Assembly: GCA_965222225.1 (NCBI GenBank)
Contig: CBDCTK010000002.1
Coordinates: 928,001-992,000 of the forward strand
DNA from: Candidatus Poribacteria bacterium
GTDB taxonomy: Bacteria > Poribacteria > WGA-4E > JAJDTR01
Length of the DNA stretch: 64,000 nucleotides
Direction: 5' to 3'
Shown: positions 32,194 through 42,938 of the stretch, in pieces
How positions within the stretch are numbered: position 1 is the first letter of the stretch
Layout: each line of letters opens with the position of its first letter
The notes under the pieces: generated by a model
What the model was told of the DNA's origin: nothing
What the model saw: the letters and a program-made list of their open reading frames with translations, nothing else
Databases searched by the model: none
Program-made: the position numbers and the translations under genes

Positions 32194-34116
32194 ATGACCG
32201 TCGTCGCACCGAAACGCAGAACAGCCGTCACTTGGCGTGCCGTCCTAATAGGTTTTCTTCTAATTCCGCCTAATTCCCAGTGGATTATGCAGATGGAGGC
32301 AATCTATTCCTCGGCGCATTCGACAAACTTCTCGCTGTTCTTCAACGCCGTCTGTAATTTGCTAGTCTTAATCGTAGTCAACACCCTACTGAAAAGATTC
32401 TCTCCCAAATTCGTATTTAGTCAGACTGAGCTCCTCACCATTTATATTATGCTGAATCTATCAGCGGCGATGATTGGCAGCAGCATGATGCAGCTCTTGC
32501 CCCCGGCAATGGCTGCTCCGGTTACGCTCGCAACCCCGGAGAACGATTGGCAGAATCTCTTCGGACGTTATATGCCCGAATGGCTGACGATTACCGATAA
32601 GCGCGCGTTGGAAGGATACATTCGAGGCGTAAAAAGAGGAGAAGCTACCCTCTACACTGGACGGCACCTTGGGGCATGGGTCGGTCCGGCACTAATCTGG
32701 TCAGTCTTTATTTGCGCGCTTATGTTCGTGCTGATCTGCATTAACGTTATCGTCCGCAAGCAGTGGACTGACCGGGAAAGACTCACCTATCCGGTCACGC
32801 AACTCCCCTTTGAAATCACCCGCCCTGCCGCTGGCTTGTTCAAGAACAAACTGTTCTTGATTAGTTATGCGACGTTCTGCGCCATCAACATCATCAACGG
32901 TTTACATTTCTTTTTTCCGACTGTGCCTTATCTGCGAATTGCGCCCTACGATCTCGGTCCGCTTTTCACTACCGAACCGTGGAACGCATTGGGATATACT
33001 CCGCTCACCTTTCGGCCCTTCATGGCAGGATTGATCTTTCTGATTCCTCTGGACATGTCGTTCTCCTGCTGGTTCTTCTTCTTCTTTTGGAAAGCGCAGA
33101 TTGTTCTGGGGAGCGCCCTCGGCTTCCGCCAACGCCCAGAATTTCCCGAGCAGAGCGCAGGCGCCTACATTGCCCTCGCCGTCATTGCCGCTTGGATGGG
33201 TAGACGTCATCTGGCAACTATCTTCGGATCCGTAATTCGCTTCACGACCAATGAAAGCGAAGTTGATGATGTCAATGAGCCGCTGCGATACCGAACCGCA
33301 GTGCTTGGAATCATCTGTGGGTTCGCTTTTCTCATCTTCTTCTGCTGGAAGGCAGGCATGACACCCCTTGCAGCCGGAGCCTTCTTCGCGCTATACCTGA
33401 TGACCGTGATCGGTGTTACCCGCGTACGTGCCGAGGTCGGTTCGCCTGTTCACGACCTCCACTTTGCAGGTCCTGAATACCTCATGGTTGATGCGGTGGG
33501 AACACGAAGAATGGGGACAAGCAACTTGTCAATCCTTTCCCTCTTCTGGTTCCTGACACGCGCTCACCACAGCGACGTTATGCCTCATCAGCTTGAAGGG
33601 TTCAAGCTCGCCGACCGCGCCCAATCCAATAATCGAGGCGTGCTTGCTGCGATGCTAGTTGCTACCGTCTTCGGCACCTTAGTTGCTTTCTGGGCAATTC
33701 TGGATTTGTCATACCGTTACGGAAGTGGCTGGAGCGGTGGTGAGTCATTCAGGCGTCTGCAGGGGTGGTTGACCTATACGACATCAACCGATCTTACAGG
33801 ATTGGGATATTTTGCGTACGGACTCCTGTTCGGAATATTCGTGATGTTCATGCGTGTAAGATTCATCTGGTGGTCGCTCCATCCAGCAGGTTATGCTGTG
33901 TCTAGTACCTACGGGATGCGCGACTGGTGGTCGGTCTTCTTTTTCGTATGGTTGATTAAATGGCTCATCTTGAAACTTGGTGGATTAAAGGTTCATCAGC
34001 AGGTACGGCCTATATTTTTCGGTATGGTTCTTGGTGAGGTCACAATTGGTGGTTTTTGGGCGCTGTTTGGAGTCGTATTCAAAACGCAGACATTCAACTT
34101 TACTGCGTGGTGGTAA
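32194..34116 (+). CDS. DUF6785/DUF6784-like polytopic membrane protein (putative peptide transporter)
   Basis: Paralog of 16225-18120: ATPENDW, RKQWTDRERLTYP, TRVRAEVG, MPHQLEGFKL, HPAGY. Confidence 0.8.
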   Translation: MTVVAPKRRTAVTWRAVLIGFLLIPPNSQWIMQMEAIYSSAHSTNFSLFFNAVCNLLVLIVVNTLLKRFSPKFVFSQTELLTIYIMLNLSAAMIGSSMMQLLPPAMAAPVTLATPENDWQNLFGRYMPEWLTITDKRALEGYIRGVKRGEATLYTGRHLGAWVGPALIWSVFICALMFVLICINVIVRKQWTDRERLTYPVTQLPFEITRPAAGLFKNKLFLISYATFCAINIINGLHFFFPTVPYLRIAPYDLGPLFTTEPWNALGYTPLTFRPFMAGLIFLIPLDMSFSCWFFFFFWKAQIVLGSALGFRQRPEFPEQSAGAYIALAVIAAWMGRRHLATIFGSVIRFTTNESEVDDVNEPLRYRTAVLGIICGFAFLIFFCWKAGMTPLAAGAFFALYLMTVIGVTRVRAEVGSPVHDLHFAGPEYLMVDAVGTRRMGTSNLSILSLFWFLTRAHHSDVMPHQLEGFKLADRAQSNNRGVLAAMLVATVFGTLVAFWAILDLSYRYGSGWSGGESFRRLQGWLTYTTSTDLTGLGYFAYGLLFGIFVMFMRVRFIWWSLHPAGYAVSSTYGMRDWWSVFFFVWLIKWLILKLGGLKVHQQVRPIFFGMVLGEVTIGGFWALFGVVFKTQTFNFTAWW

Positions 34117-34306
34117 CTCACTTCTTCTGCCTGCCAAGCTGAAACAATCCAATAACCGCAGCCCGAGAAACAATGGTGGGAATTTTGTTTTACATTAAGA
34201 TTAAGACATGGTAGAATCACATACCGTTTGAAGGAGGCAAGTTAGCCCGAACTCCTGAATAACTACCTCAGCACATACGACAGTCACAAGAGGGAAAATC
34301 CAAGCT

Positions 34307-35353
34307 ATGGCGCAGGGCGCCGGTGGTCAGCCATATCGGGTTGCAATTGTCGGAACGGGGAGCATCGCAACTCGGCACGGTAGAGCGTGCAACGAAGTCG
34401 ATTCCGCCGAGTTGTGGGCAATTTGCGACATATCCGAAGATTCACTGTCATCATTCGGGGATGAGTTCGGTGTCGCTCCTCGATACACCAACCTGAAAGA
34501 GATGTTGGCGACCGAGGAAATCGACATAGCTATCGTTTCCACCTGGGGCCCGGCGCACGCCGAAACTACCATACAAATTGCGGAATCCAAGAGCGTTAAG
34601 GCAATTCTCTGCGAAAAACCCTTTGCGCTCACCACTAGCGAGGCTGAGCGGATGGCAGCAGCGGCACACCGAAACGGTGTTTTGCTTGCGGAAGCGTTTA
34701 AATTTCGACACCATCCCATGCACCTGCGCGCAAAAGAGTTGGTGGATAGCGGTGTCATCGGCGATGTCCGATCTATCCGCAGTACACTTGTCACCCCTCC
34801 GAGGGTGCTTCGGCTAGAGGTTAACGATGGTAAACTTCTTCCTGACAGGAATTGGCGATGGAACAGACAAAAAGGCGGGGGAAGCATTTATGATGTTGGG
34901 TGTTACTGCATTCACCATGCACGGTTTATCTTGGATGCCGAACCGGTTCGAGTCTTCGCCGTCGCAGAACGCGGAGTGGAAGTGGATGACGCAACCTATA
35001 TTATTCTCGAATTTGCCGGCGACCACGTTGCTCAAATCTCGGTCGGCTACACCTCTTGGGATTCTCAATACACTGAAATCTGTGGAACAAGTGGAATGAT
35101 TCGTATGGACCGCGCGTGGAGCAACGAAGACAAACCCGTTACGCTCCAACTTCAAACAAACCGGGGAACCGAAAACATTGACTTTGAGCCGACATTCCAG
35201 TTCACCGATCAACTCCAACACCTTTGCGATTGCCTAAGCTCGGGTATTCCTGTCCGTATTTCATTGAATAACAGTATCTGTCAAGTTAGGGTAATTGACG
35301 CCGTCTTTGAATCACTCGAAACAGGTAAGGCAATCGAAATGCATCCTGCATAA
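34307..35353 (+). CDS. Gfo/Idh/MocA oxidoreductase
   Basis: GTGSIA, CEKPF, GGGSIYDVGCY. Confidence 0.92.
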   Translation: MAQGAGGQPYRVAIVGTGSIATRHGRACNEVDSAELWAICDISEDSLSSFGDEFGVAPRYTNLKEMLATEEIDIAIVSTWGPAHAETTIQIAESKSVKAILCEKPFALTTSEAERMAAAAHRNGVLLAEAFKFRHHPMHLRAKELVDSGVIGDVRSIRSTLVTPPRVLRLEVNDGKLLPDRNWRWNRQKGGGSIYDVGCYCIHHARFILDAEPVRVFAVAERGVEVDDATYIILEFAGDHVAQISVGYTSWDSQYTEICGTSGMIRMDRAWSNEDKPVTLQLQTNRGTENIDFEPTFQFTDQLQHLCDCLSSGIPVRISLNNSICQVRVIDAVFESLETGKAIEMHPA

Positions 35354-35464
35354 GCCGTCCTTGTATCAGCCGTGCTTGTCCATATTCGCGGTATCGTCGT
35401 GCTCCTTGACCTGCAGAAGGAAAATCCCCTTCTGATTGCCATTATCATTATCACTTGGTTTAGA

Positions 35465-35836
35465 ATGGAAGGCCCATTTCAACTAGACGAAAACGTGATT
35501 GACGCAGTCATCACCCAAACAACACCCGCTGTTTACCTGATTCGCCGAATTGAAGAAACTGAAGCATACGCCCACTACAAGGCACGAATTGAGCGCGCCG
35601 ATGCTGGCGCCCTTAAGGATGAACTCAAACAATGGATTGGCTCCGACTACCGCGTCTTCTGTTTCCAATATGTAAAGGGGATAGATACGGCATTCCAACG
35701 GCAATGCATTTTATGGCATGAAATGGGTGGAGCAGCGAATGAGCTTGATAACGAACGGCATCCTGTGCCGAACGAAGGATGTACAGCTCTGTGCTCTATC
35801 TGTGCCAACGCGACAGATCGCTCTGCCTCTACTTAG
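35465..35836 (+). CDS. Small hypothetical protein resembling degenerate GIY-YIG-like proteins with a C-terminal CxxC
   Basis: MEGPFQL...PAVYLI...LKQW...F.FQY...AF..QC.LWH..GG...LDN..HP...CSIC. Confidence 0.5.
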   Translation: MEGPFQLDENVIDAVITQTTPAVYLIRRIEETEAYAHYKARIERADAGALKDELKQWIGSDYRVFCFQYVKGIDTAFQRQCILWHEMGGAANELDNERHPVPNEGCTALCSICANATDRSAST

Positions 35837-35956
35837 CCTATGCGCAGCCAAGGGATCGCGAAATACTTCCACCTATTAACACAAGCCATTAAACCTAATC
35901 CGTGCACATGGCATTCTATGCCTGACCCACGACAGAATTCCAAGGAGGCACCTTAA

Positions 35957-36793
35957 ATGAAACTGTCCAAAGAGCAACAGAACTTCTTCGAGACGTTCGG
36001 ATACCTGCTGATACCGCAGCTATTTTCCCCGGAAGAAACGGAGAAGATTATTGAGAACTTTGAATGGTCAATCCAAAATCGTGGCGGTGGAAAAGATCAT
36101 GATGGCTCCCGTCGCACCATGTTTCCAGGACCCATTGAGCATCATGCAGAGCTGTGCGCGATTCTCGATCATCCGTCAATACTTGGCCTTCTCGGAGGCG
36201 TGATGGGTGACGATTTCTATTACTGCGGCGGTGACGGCAACTACTATACCGGAAACACGAGCTGGCATCCTGATGGTAGCTGGGGACGGCTCATTGCAAC
36301 GAAAACCGCTTTCTATCTGGACCATCTCACTCGTGACACCGGAGCACTTCGTCTCATTCCGGGTAGTCATCATCCCGACCATTTCGTTCGGAAAGAAAAA
36401 TTAGATGTCAATAACTCGCTAGAACTTTTTGGCGTGCCGCCATCGGAGCTTCCCGGCAGCATAGCCGTCGAAACGAATCCCGGCGACATTGCTATCTTCA
36501 ATCACGATCTGTACCATGCCTCATTCGGTGGTACCGCGCGAAGACGCATGTTCACGATGAACTGCACGATTTGCCCGAAGACCACTGACGAGAAAGAACA
36601 GGTGCGTCAATATCTAAGTATTCATACACCCGGTAGTGGCAATCATGTGACGGGAGCTGGCGTGTATTTTCCGCCGATGATAGATACCGCTGATGAAGAT
36701 CGGATGGCTCACCTCCATGGGCCGATAGAGATTCATGACCAACTTTTCCCGCATCTGGCGAGAGACGTCGTGAACAAGGAAGCCGCTGTCTAA
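35957..36793 (+). CDS. PhyH-family dioxygenase
   Basis: FFETFGYL, WHPD, IPGSH, PGDIAIF..H...RR; RBS AAGGAGG. Confidence 0.9.
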   Translation: MKLSKEQQNFFETFGYLLIPQLFSPEETEKIIENFEWSIQNRGGGKDHDGSRRTMFPGPIEHHAELCAILDHPSILGLLGGVMGDDFYYCGGDGNYYTGNTSWHPDGSWGRLIATKTAFYLDHLTRDTGALRLIPGSHHPDHFVRKEKLDVNNSLELFGVPPSELPGSIAVETNPGDIAIFNHDLYHASFGGTARRRMFTMNCTICPKTTDEKEQVRQYLSIHTPGSGNHVTGAGVYFPPMIDTADEDRMAHLHGPIEIHDQLFPHLARDVVNKEAAV

Positions 36794-37006
36794 ATCACGG
36801 TAAGCTCAAATACCAATGCCTTCGATATCAAACTAGCAATTCGAACCTTTTCTACAACAATTATGTAGTAGTGATCTTCGATAATACATTGAAGAATTTC
36901 TCTGCACCGCAAAGATTGTTCGGGGTAATCAATCTGGCGCAACCTTTCAACCTGCCATTCGACGATATTGTCCACTAGGTTTAACTTTCACTGTTGGAGT
37001 AACAAG

Positions 37007-38554
37007 ATGTCAATGTGGCTTACGAATCAGCAAATTCAGCATTTGCGGCGCGGATACCAAAAGAATATCGAGTCCCCTGTGCCAACGCAGGTTATCTCCA
37101 GCGGAGAGTGCTTTCCCCCGCCGCAAACCCGTCAACAGGTTCAGGTAGAGTCGCTGATTCAGGAAAATGCTCAAGTATATGCTCGTCGTCAGGGTTTGGA
37201 GCGTCAATCCTACCTACGTTCTCGCAGCGGCATGGCTAGCGCATTTCTCGCCATGAATCAGGTATTCGGAGAGGTTTACGAAATCGACCCCGCCGAAGCC
37301 GAAGACCACGCTGCTGCGCGCGAACGACATGACAAAACCGCAGATCAGTTTATCTTTGATGTCCATACCCATCATGTACACGACGATTACAGTTGGGAGG
37401 GCATACTTTGGTTACGTGACGCCGCCCGTGGAAACAACCAAGCAAAGAAACCGTGGAACCCGGATCTTACCGACTTGGAACTCGATCTCAAATATTACAA
37501 GTTCGACTACTATCTCAAGGACATGTTCTTCGATAGCGATACCACGGTTGCCCTGCTAAGCACGTCGCCGGCAGTCGATCCGTATAAAAGGCTTCTATCC
37601 GATGATCAGATGGTCGCCACAAGAAACCTCGTCAATCGCCTGTCCGGTACGCGGCGGATGTTTGCCCACGGGATTATCTGGCCAAGTATTCCCGAGTATT
37701 CGGAGGCGATGGAGCGCGCCGCCACGGAACTGAAGGTGGATTCGTGGAAAGGCTACACTGTTGGAGATATACTCGGCGAAATACCGAGTTTTGAAAAACC
37801 TTGGCTCATGGACGACGAAGATCTGACCTATCCAACCTACGAAAAGGCACGTAAGTTAGGTGTCCGAACCATATGCGTACACAAGGGAGTCTTGCCAATC
37901 GACTACGAGACAATCCCAAACTGGCATTACGCCTCGGTGGATGATGTTGGAAAAGCGGCTCAGGATTGGCCCGACTTAAATTTCCACATCTATCACGCCG
38001 GCTTGAAAATGTGGCGGGACGCTCGTAGCGTCAGTGAAGAGTTTGAAAGGACCGGACGGCTGGAGTGGATTGACGAGATGGCAGCAATACCCGAAAAATA
38101 CGGCGTCTCGAACGTGTATGCCGACATCGGGCTTTCGTTCGGCGCCTTGGCTATTACGCATCCCAGGATTGCCGCCGCGATGCTGGCAAAACTAGTCAAA
38201 GGGCTCGGAGCCGATCGCGTCCTCTGGGGCACGGATTCAATCTGGGCGGGGTCGCCGCAATGGCAAATCGAGGCATTCCGACGTATTGAAATTCCACCCG
38301 ATATACAGGAAAAATACGACTTTGAACCGCTAGGCCCCCCAGATGGTCCAGTAAAAACCGCTATCTTTGGCGTCAACGCCGCCTGTCAATACGGCATCGA
38401 ATTAGACGTGAACCGCCGTCCGATAGCAGATTACCGGAACGACGAGCTGTCACGCCTGAAAGCCGAGTATCTGGCAGCCGGCAACCAGCGCGATAATCTG
38501 TACTGGGGTTGGATACAACAACAGAAAGCCAATTCACCTGCCTGTCCTCCATAG
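37007..38554 (+). CDS. Amidohydrolase family protein
   Basis: FDVHTH, CVHKG, IYHAG, LWGTDSIW; ATG 37007 with RBS GGAG. Confidence 0.88.
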   Translation: MSMWLTNQQIQHLRRGYQKNIESPVPTQVISSGECFPPPQTRQQVQVESLIQENAQVYARRQGLERQSYLRSRSGMASAFLAMNQVFGEVYEIDPAEAEDHAAARERHDKTADQFIFDVHTHHVHDDYSWEGILWLRDAARGNNQAKKPWNPDLTDLELDLKYYKFDYYLKDMFFDSDTTVALLSTSPAVDPYKRLLSDDQMVATRNLVNRLSGTRRMFAHGIIWPSIPEYSEAMERAATELKVDSWKGYTVGDILGEIPSFEKPWLMDDEDLTYPTYEKARKLGVRTICVHKGVLPIDYETIPNWHYASVDDVGKAAQDWPDLNFHIYHAGLKMWRDARSVSEEFERTGRLEWIDEMAAIPEKYGVSNVYADIGLSFGALAITHPRIAAAMLAKLVKGLGADRVLWGTDSIWAGSPQWQIEAFRRIEIPPDIQEKYDFEPLGPPDGPVKTAIFGVNAACQYGIELDVNRRPIADYRNDELSRLKAEYLAAGNQRDNLYWGWIQQQKANSPACPP

Positions 38555-38707
38555 AATTGCTAATGCCGGTTATCAATTGAGGTATCCAAATCGTGCGTCT
38601 TCTTGACGAGTAACCGTCATTGTATATATCGGTGCCTCTCAAGGTATTTGGCGTGCCTCAAGAAATAGTGCAAAAGTGGCCAGTGAAGGCAATCCCCGTT
38701 ACGGATT

Positions 38708-39535
38708 CTACGCACGTTTCGGCGGGGCGGCAGACACCCCTTCCAAACCTCCGCTGACTCTGAGGACCTCACCGGTTATCCAGGACGCCTGAGGACTACA
38801 TAGGAAGGTCACTACCCGTGCGATGTCGATCGGTTCGCCCCATCGTCCTAACGGAATTGCCGTACGGATGCGTTCAATCATCTCGTCCTCGGTGATGTTC
38901 AAGCTCTGGCAGCGTTGCGCCATGGTTTGCCTATTGAACTCGGTGTATACGGGCCCTGGACTCACGGCATTTACGCGCACGCCGTAAGCCGCCAACTCTA
39001 TCGCCAAGGTTCGGGTCAGGCTGATTACCCCCGCTTTCGCTACGTTATAAGCTGCAACCAGCGCCGCTGGATTCTGACCGTTGATTGATGCGAGGTTTAC
39101 GATGCACCCCGACTCCTGCTGTTCCATAATTGCCCCTGCCGCGCGACAACAGTAGAACGTCCCGGTCAATGTCGCGCTCAAAACCCGATCCCACTCCTCA
39201 TCGCTCAAGGCAACGACTGGGGCGATATTCTGTCCGACGCCGGCATTATTGACAAGAATATCCATCCGTCCATGTTCGTCTATCACATCATCAAAAAATG
39301 CAGTGGCTCCGGCACTATCGGTAATGTTCAAGTAAGCTGCCTGCACTTTTAAGCCATCTGTCTGCAGCCGCGCGGCTTCAGTCCTACCCTTGTCGTGTTG
39401 CAGGTCGGCGATGATTACCGTTGCGCCATCGCGGGCGAGTTGCTCGCAGATTCCCAAACCCAACCCCTGGGAAGCCCCGGTCACCACTGCGATCAAACCA
39501 TCAAGGTTGCGCGGAGCAGCCACACTATCGTTCAT
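38708..39535 (-). CDS. SDR family oxidoreductase
   Basis: TGASQGLG, NNAG, YNVAK, NAVSPG. Confidence 0.93.
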   Translation of the reverse strand: MNDSVAAPRNLDGLIAVVTGASQGLGLGICEQLARDGATVIIADLQHDKGRTEAARLQTDGLKVQAAYLNITDSAGATAFFDDVIDEHGRMDILVNNAGVGQNIAPVVALSDEEWDRVLSATLTGTFYCCRAAGAIMEQQESGCIVNLASINGQNPAALVAAYNVAKAGVISLTRTLAIELAAYGVRVNAVSPGPVYTEFNRQTMAQRCQSLNITEDEMIERIRTAIPLGRWGEPIDIARVVTFLCSPQASWITGEVLRVSGGLEGVSAAPPKRA

Positions 39536-39572
39536 GAATATACCTCCTCGGATTCAATTACCGTCTGAAGAT

Positions 39573-40742
39573 TCATAGCCCTTCCATACTCACCCATGTC
39601 GATCCTTTTTCGCATGACTCAACTGCTTTATAGATGAACTGCATGCCTCGAAGGCCATCATAAACAGTCGGGAAGTTATATTCCTTGCTCTTCAAAGGCT
39701 TGCCATCGATGTGTTGCCGTATTGCCTCAACGACACCCACGTAAATGGTAGCGAAACCCTCCAAGTACCCTTCCGGATGTCCGGGTGGGATACGTGCGCT
39801 CACGACCGCCGCTTCAGAAAGATACCCCTGGCCGCGAGTAAGTGTCTGCCTCGGCTTGCCATAACGATAGAGTTCTAGGTAGTTCGGATTCTCGTGTGCC
39901 CACTTAACCGCTCCATTTTCAGCGTACACGCGGAGCGTCAATCCATTCTCTTCACCGGTAGCCACCTGGCTGATAGTGAGCACGCCCTTCCCGCCTCCTT
40001 TGAAGCGGAGTAGCGCATTGACATCTTCGTCAAGCACTCGATCCGGGAGGAATGTACTCTTGTCCGCACACAATTCGGTAATCGGATCTCTCGTGACGTA
40101 CTCTAGCAAGTTTACACAGTGCGTTCCTACATCACCCAGTGTACCGCCGATACCAGACTGCGTAGGATCAACCCGCCAAGCCGCCTGCTTTTGGCCAAGT
40201 TTCTCGTGGGGCACCATAAGGAAATCCTGGAGATATTCGACAATCACTTTGCGAATGGCTCCCATCTCGCCGGATTGGAACAGAGACCGCGCGTGTTTGA
40301 TGAGCGGGTGTCCAGTGTAGTTATGCGTCAATGCAAAGATAAGCCCTGACTCCTCCACGAGATTGACAAGATCCTTCGCCTCGCTGAGATTGTAGGTCAT
40401 CGGCTTATCGCAGACCACGTGGAACCCGGCTTCCAGAAATGTCTTTGCGATGGCATGATGGGAGACATTTGGCGTCACAATGCTAACAAAATCAATCCGC
40501 TCGTCCTCAGAGAGACTAGCTTCGGCTTCAGCCATTTCTCCATACGTACCGTAGCAGCGTGGTGGGGCAAGGTAAAGTTGCTCACCGGTAATCTTTGTGT
40601 TCTTGGGAACCTGTGAGAAACAGCCCGCGACAAGTTCGACCTGTTGATCGAGAGTGGCGGCGATACGATGCACACCGCCGATAAATGCACCCGGGCCGCC
40701 GCCAACCATACCCATTCGTAATTTACGTTTCCAAGATTCCAT
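39573..40742 (-). CDS. Gfo/Idh/MocA oxidoreductase (glycoside 3-dehydrogenase-like)
   Basis: GMVGGGPGAFIG, CDKPM, THNYTG, GDVGTH, PPGHPEGYLEGFA. Confidence 0.92.
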   Translation of the reverse strand: MESWKRKLRMGMVGGGPGAFIGGVHRIAATLDQQVELVAGCFSQVPKNTKITGEQLYLAPPRCYGTYGEMAEAEASLSEDERIDFVSIVTPNVSHHAIAKTFLEAGFHVVCDKPMTYNLSEAKDLVNLVEESGLIFALTHNYTGHPLIKHARSLFQSGEMGAIRKVIVEYLQDFLMVPHEKLGQKQAAWRVDPTQSGIGGTLGDVGTHCVNLLEYVTRDPITELCADKSTFLPDRVLDEDVNALLRFKGGGKGVLTISQVATGEENGLTLRVYAENGAVKWAHENPNYLELYRYGKPRQTLTRGQGYLSEAAVVSARIPPGHPEGYLEGFATIYVGVVEAIRQHIDGKPLKSKEYNFPTVYDGLRGMQFIYKAVESCEKGSTWVSMEGL

Positions 40743-40806
40743 TGATTTGCCTCCGTAAAAAGCAATAGAACCGCGCGGTTCTTAACTCCGACCGAATTTC
40801 CCCCGC

Positions 40807-41859
40807 TTATCCGCTCAAACCGAGAATCTTTCGATTGCGCGCGAGATTCACTTCACCACCCGCGAAGTCATCAAAGGCTACGTCAGTGGTTTCAATGATG
40901 TGATCGGCAATAAAGGGCGCACCTTCCGCCGCTCCTTGTGCTGGACTTTTCACGCAACATTCCCACTCAAGTGTCGCCCAGCCTTCATAACCGGCCTCCG
41001 CCAACAGCGTGAACACACGCCTAAAATCAACCTGACCATCGCCGAGCGAACGGAATCGACCTGCACGTCCCGCCCAAGGTTGATATCCTCCATAGACGCC
41101 TACACGCCCGGTTGGACGAAACTCCGCGTCCTTGACGTGAAATCCCCTGACGCGCTCACCATAAATCCTGATGAACTCAAGGTAATCGAGTTGTTGTAGC
41201 AGAAGGTGGCTCGGATCGTAATTCAGGCATGCTGCAGGGTGATCGTCGGTGTAACTGAGGAACATCTCGTAGGTAGCGCCATCGTAGATGTCCGAGCCAG
41301 GGTGTAACTCGTAGGCGAAGACACTCCCATTGTCATGGGCTAAATCCAAAAGCGGCCGCCACCGCTTAGCTAACTCCTTGAACGCCTCGTCAATTATCCC
41401 CTCGGGACGTTGAGGCCAAGGATAAACCATGTGCCATGCGAACGCACCAGATAGCGTCGGGATGACCTCGGTGCCCATATTGACCGAAGCGTAAACGCAT
41501 TTCTTTAATTCTCCCGCAGCCCATTCGGTTATGGCATCTCCCTTCAAGCCTGCCGGATGAAACGCTTCAAACATGACCTCGTACGCTGGATGCACCGCGA
41601 GAACCTGTCCCGCGAGATAGCCCCCTAACTCTGATGGCTCGAGCCCTATCTCTTTTAGTTGGCCTTTGTAATCATCACAATACATCTTCGATTCCGCAGC
41701 CCGGTCAATATCAATGACCCGCGCGTCCCAAGTCGGAATTTGAACGCCTCTGTATCCCAAACCTGCAACCCATCGTGCAATGTTTTGAATACTGTTGTAC
41801 GGCTCCTCGTCCCTTATGAACTGGGCGAGTAAAATACCTGGTCCCTTCATTTTCGGCAT
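40807..41859 (-). CDS. Sugar phosphate isomerase/epimerase (3-keto-glycoside lyase-like TIM barrel)
   Basis: YELHPG, NYDPSH, FHVKDAEF, FRSLGDGQVDF, LEWEC. Confidence 0.9.
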   Translation of the reverse strand: MPKMKGPGILLAQFIRDEEPYNSIQNIARWVAGLGYRGVQIPTWDARVIDIDRAAESKMYCDDYKGQLKEIGLEPSELGGYLAGQVLAVHPAYEVMFEAFHPAGLKGDAITEWAAGELKKCVYASVNMGTEVIPTLSGAFAWHMVYPWPQRPEGIIDEAFKELAKRWRPLLDLAHDNGSVFAYELHPGSDIYDGATYEMFLSYTDDHPAACLNYDPSHLLLQQLDYLEFIRIYGERVRGFHVKDAEFRPTGRVGVYGGYQPWAGRAGRFRSLGDGQVDFRRVFTLLAEAGYEGWATLEWECCVKSPAQGAAEGAPFIADHIIETTDVAFDDFAGGEVNLARNRKILGLSG

Positions 41860-42581
41860 AGCTGACTCCTTACACCTATTTCCACATTTTTGTAATGGTC
41901 AGGAAGATGTGAGACACTCATAGCTGCTTCCCGCAAGAGGGTTAATCTGCGATTTTATAATCGCAGATCGGCTTGGATTACCAAATCCAGGTCTTGACCG
42001 ATGGGGTAGTGAATACACGGGAGCAGTACGGCGTGTAAGCCATCGTTGACTAATACACTATTCCCGCATTTTTTTATAATTCTCATAAGATCTTCGTGAC
42101 AAAAACTCCATCCGCTTTGCATGAGCAAGGTAACTGAGGTCTTCAGTATATCACTCGTGAACACTTTTGTCAATCTCGCGCCTGGGACCAGACAGGGGAA
42201 ACGAATCTGATTTTTCAGAATAGAGTTGCCAGAATAGTAGTCAAATAATTGTTATCCCGTGCGGCTTTGAGTCGTTTGTTGGCGACACCAAGTTTAGTTG
42301 ACGTTTCAGACTTGAGTAGATTGAGAGCAATGCGTCGAACAAAGGCAAACTTCTCACCGCTGTTATCTTCACGAATTCGAGACGCATCCTCACGGAAAGC
42401 AACATCCAATACCCAATGACATGAGTTCTCAATCCGCCAGTGATGCCTGGTGGCTTCAAGCAACTTAGCCGCATCGCCGGGAAGCGAAGAAATGTAGTAG
42501 CGTGTCTCGCTGCCTACCTATTGGTCGGCTTCTCGCTGAGCGGTGACTGTGACGACGGCGTTGAGATTAGTGACACCCTCA

Positions 42582-42696
42582 GGAATTTCTATCGCAGGAT
42601 TTGCTATCGCGCGCTCTATTCGCTTGCTTGATCCCCTTGTTCAGTCGCTCGATTGGTCACTAGTCGTTCCTTTGATCGTTATCCACTCCCTTGATC
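42582..42696 (-). repeat. Modular GATCAAG/GCGATAGAAAT insert B (about 115 nt) inside the ISAs1 transposase
   Basis: Minus strand: GATCAAGGGAGTGGATAACGATCAAAGGAACGACTAGTGACCAATCGAGCGACTGAACAAGGGGATCAAGCAAGCGAATAGAGCGCGCGATAGCAAATCCTGCGATAGAAATTCC. Confidence 0.8.
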
Positions 42697-42903
42697 GGTG
42701 CGGGTTTCAATACGTCCATGATCGCCGTCAATTGTTTGGTTCAAGTTGACTTCAACATCTCTTAACTCGCCAGTTGAGACGCCATCAAACAGAAGTTGAA
42801 CATCTTCATACAACTGTCCTCGATTGGCTTTTAGCGCGAAAACGTAATCGGCATCTGAATCCACAACGGTTTGAACGATGTCGGTTTGACAGCCCATCGC
42901 ATC

Positions 42904-42938
42904 AAGGGATCTCTATCGCACTCGCTGTCCACTCGCTT
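42904..42938 (-). repeat. Modular insert C (35 nt) precisely splitting the ISAs1 VTV/DAMG codons
   Basis: ACT GTC [AAGCGAGTGGACAGCGAGTGCGATAGAGATCCCTT] GAT GCG ATG GGC. Confidence 0.85.
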
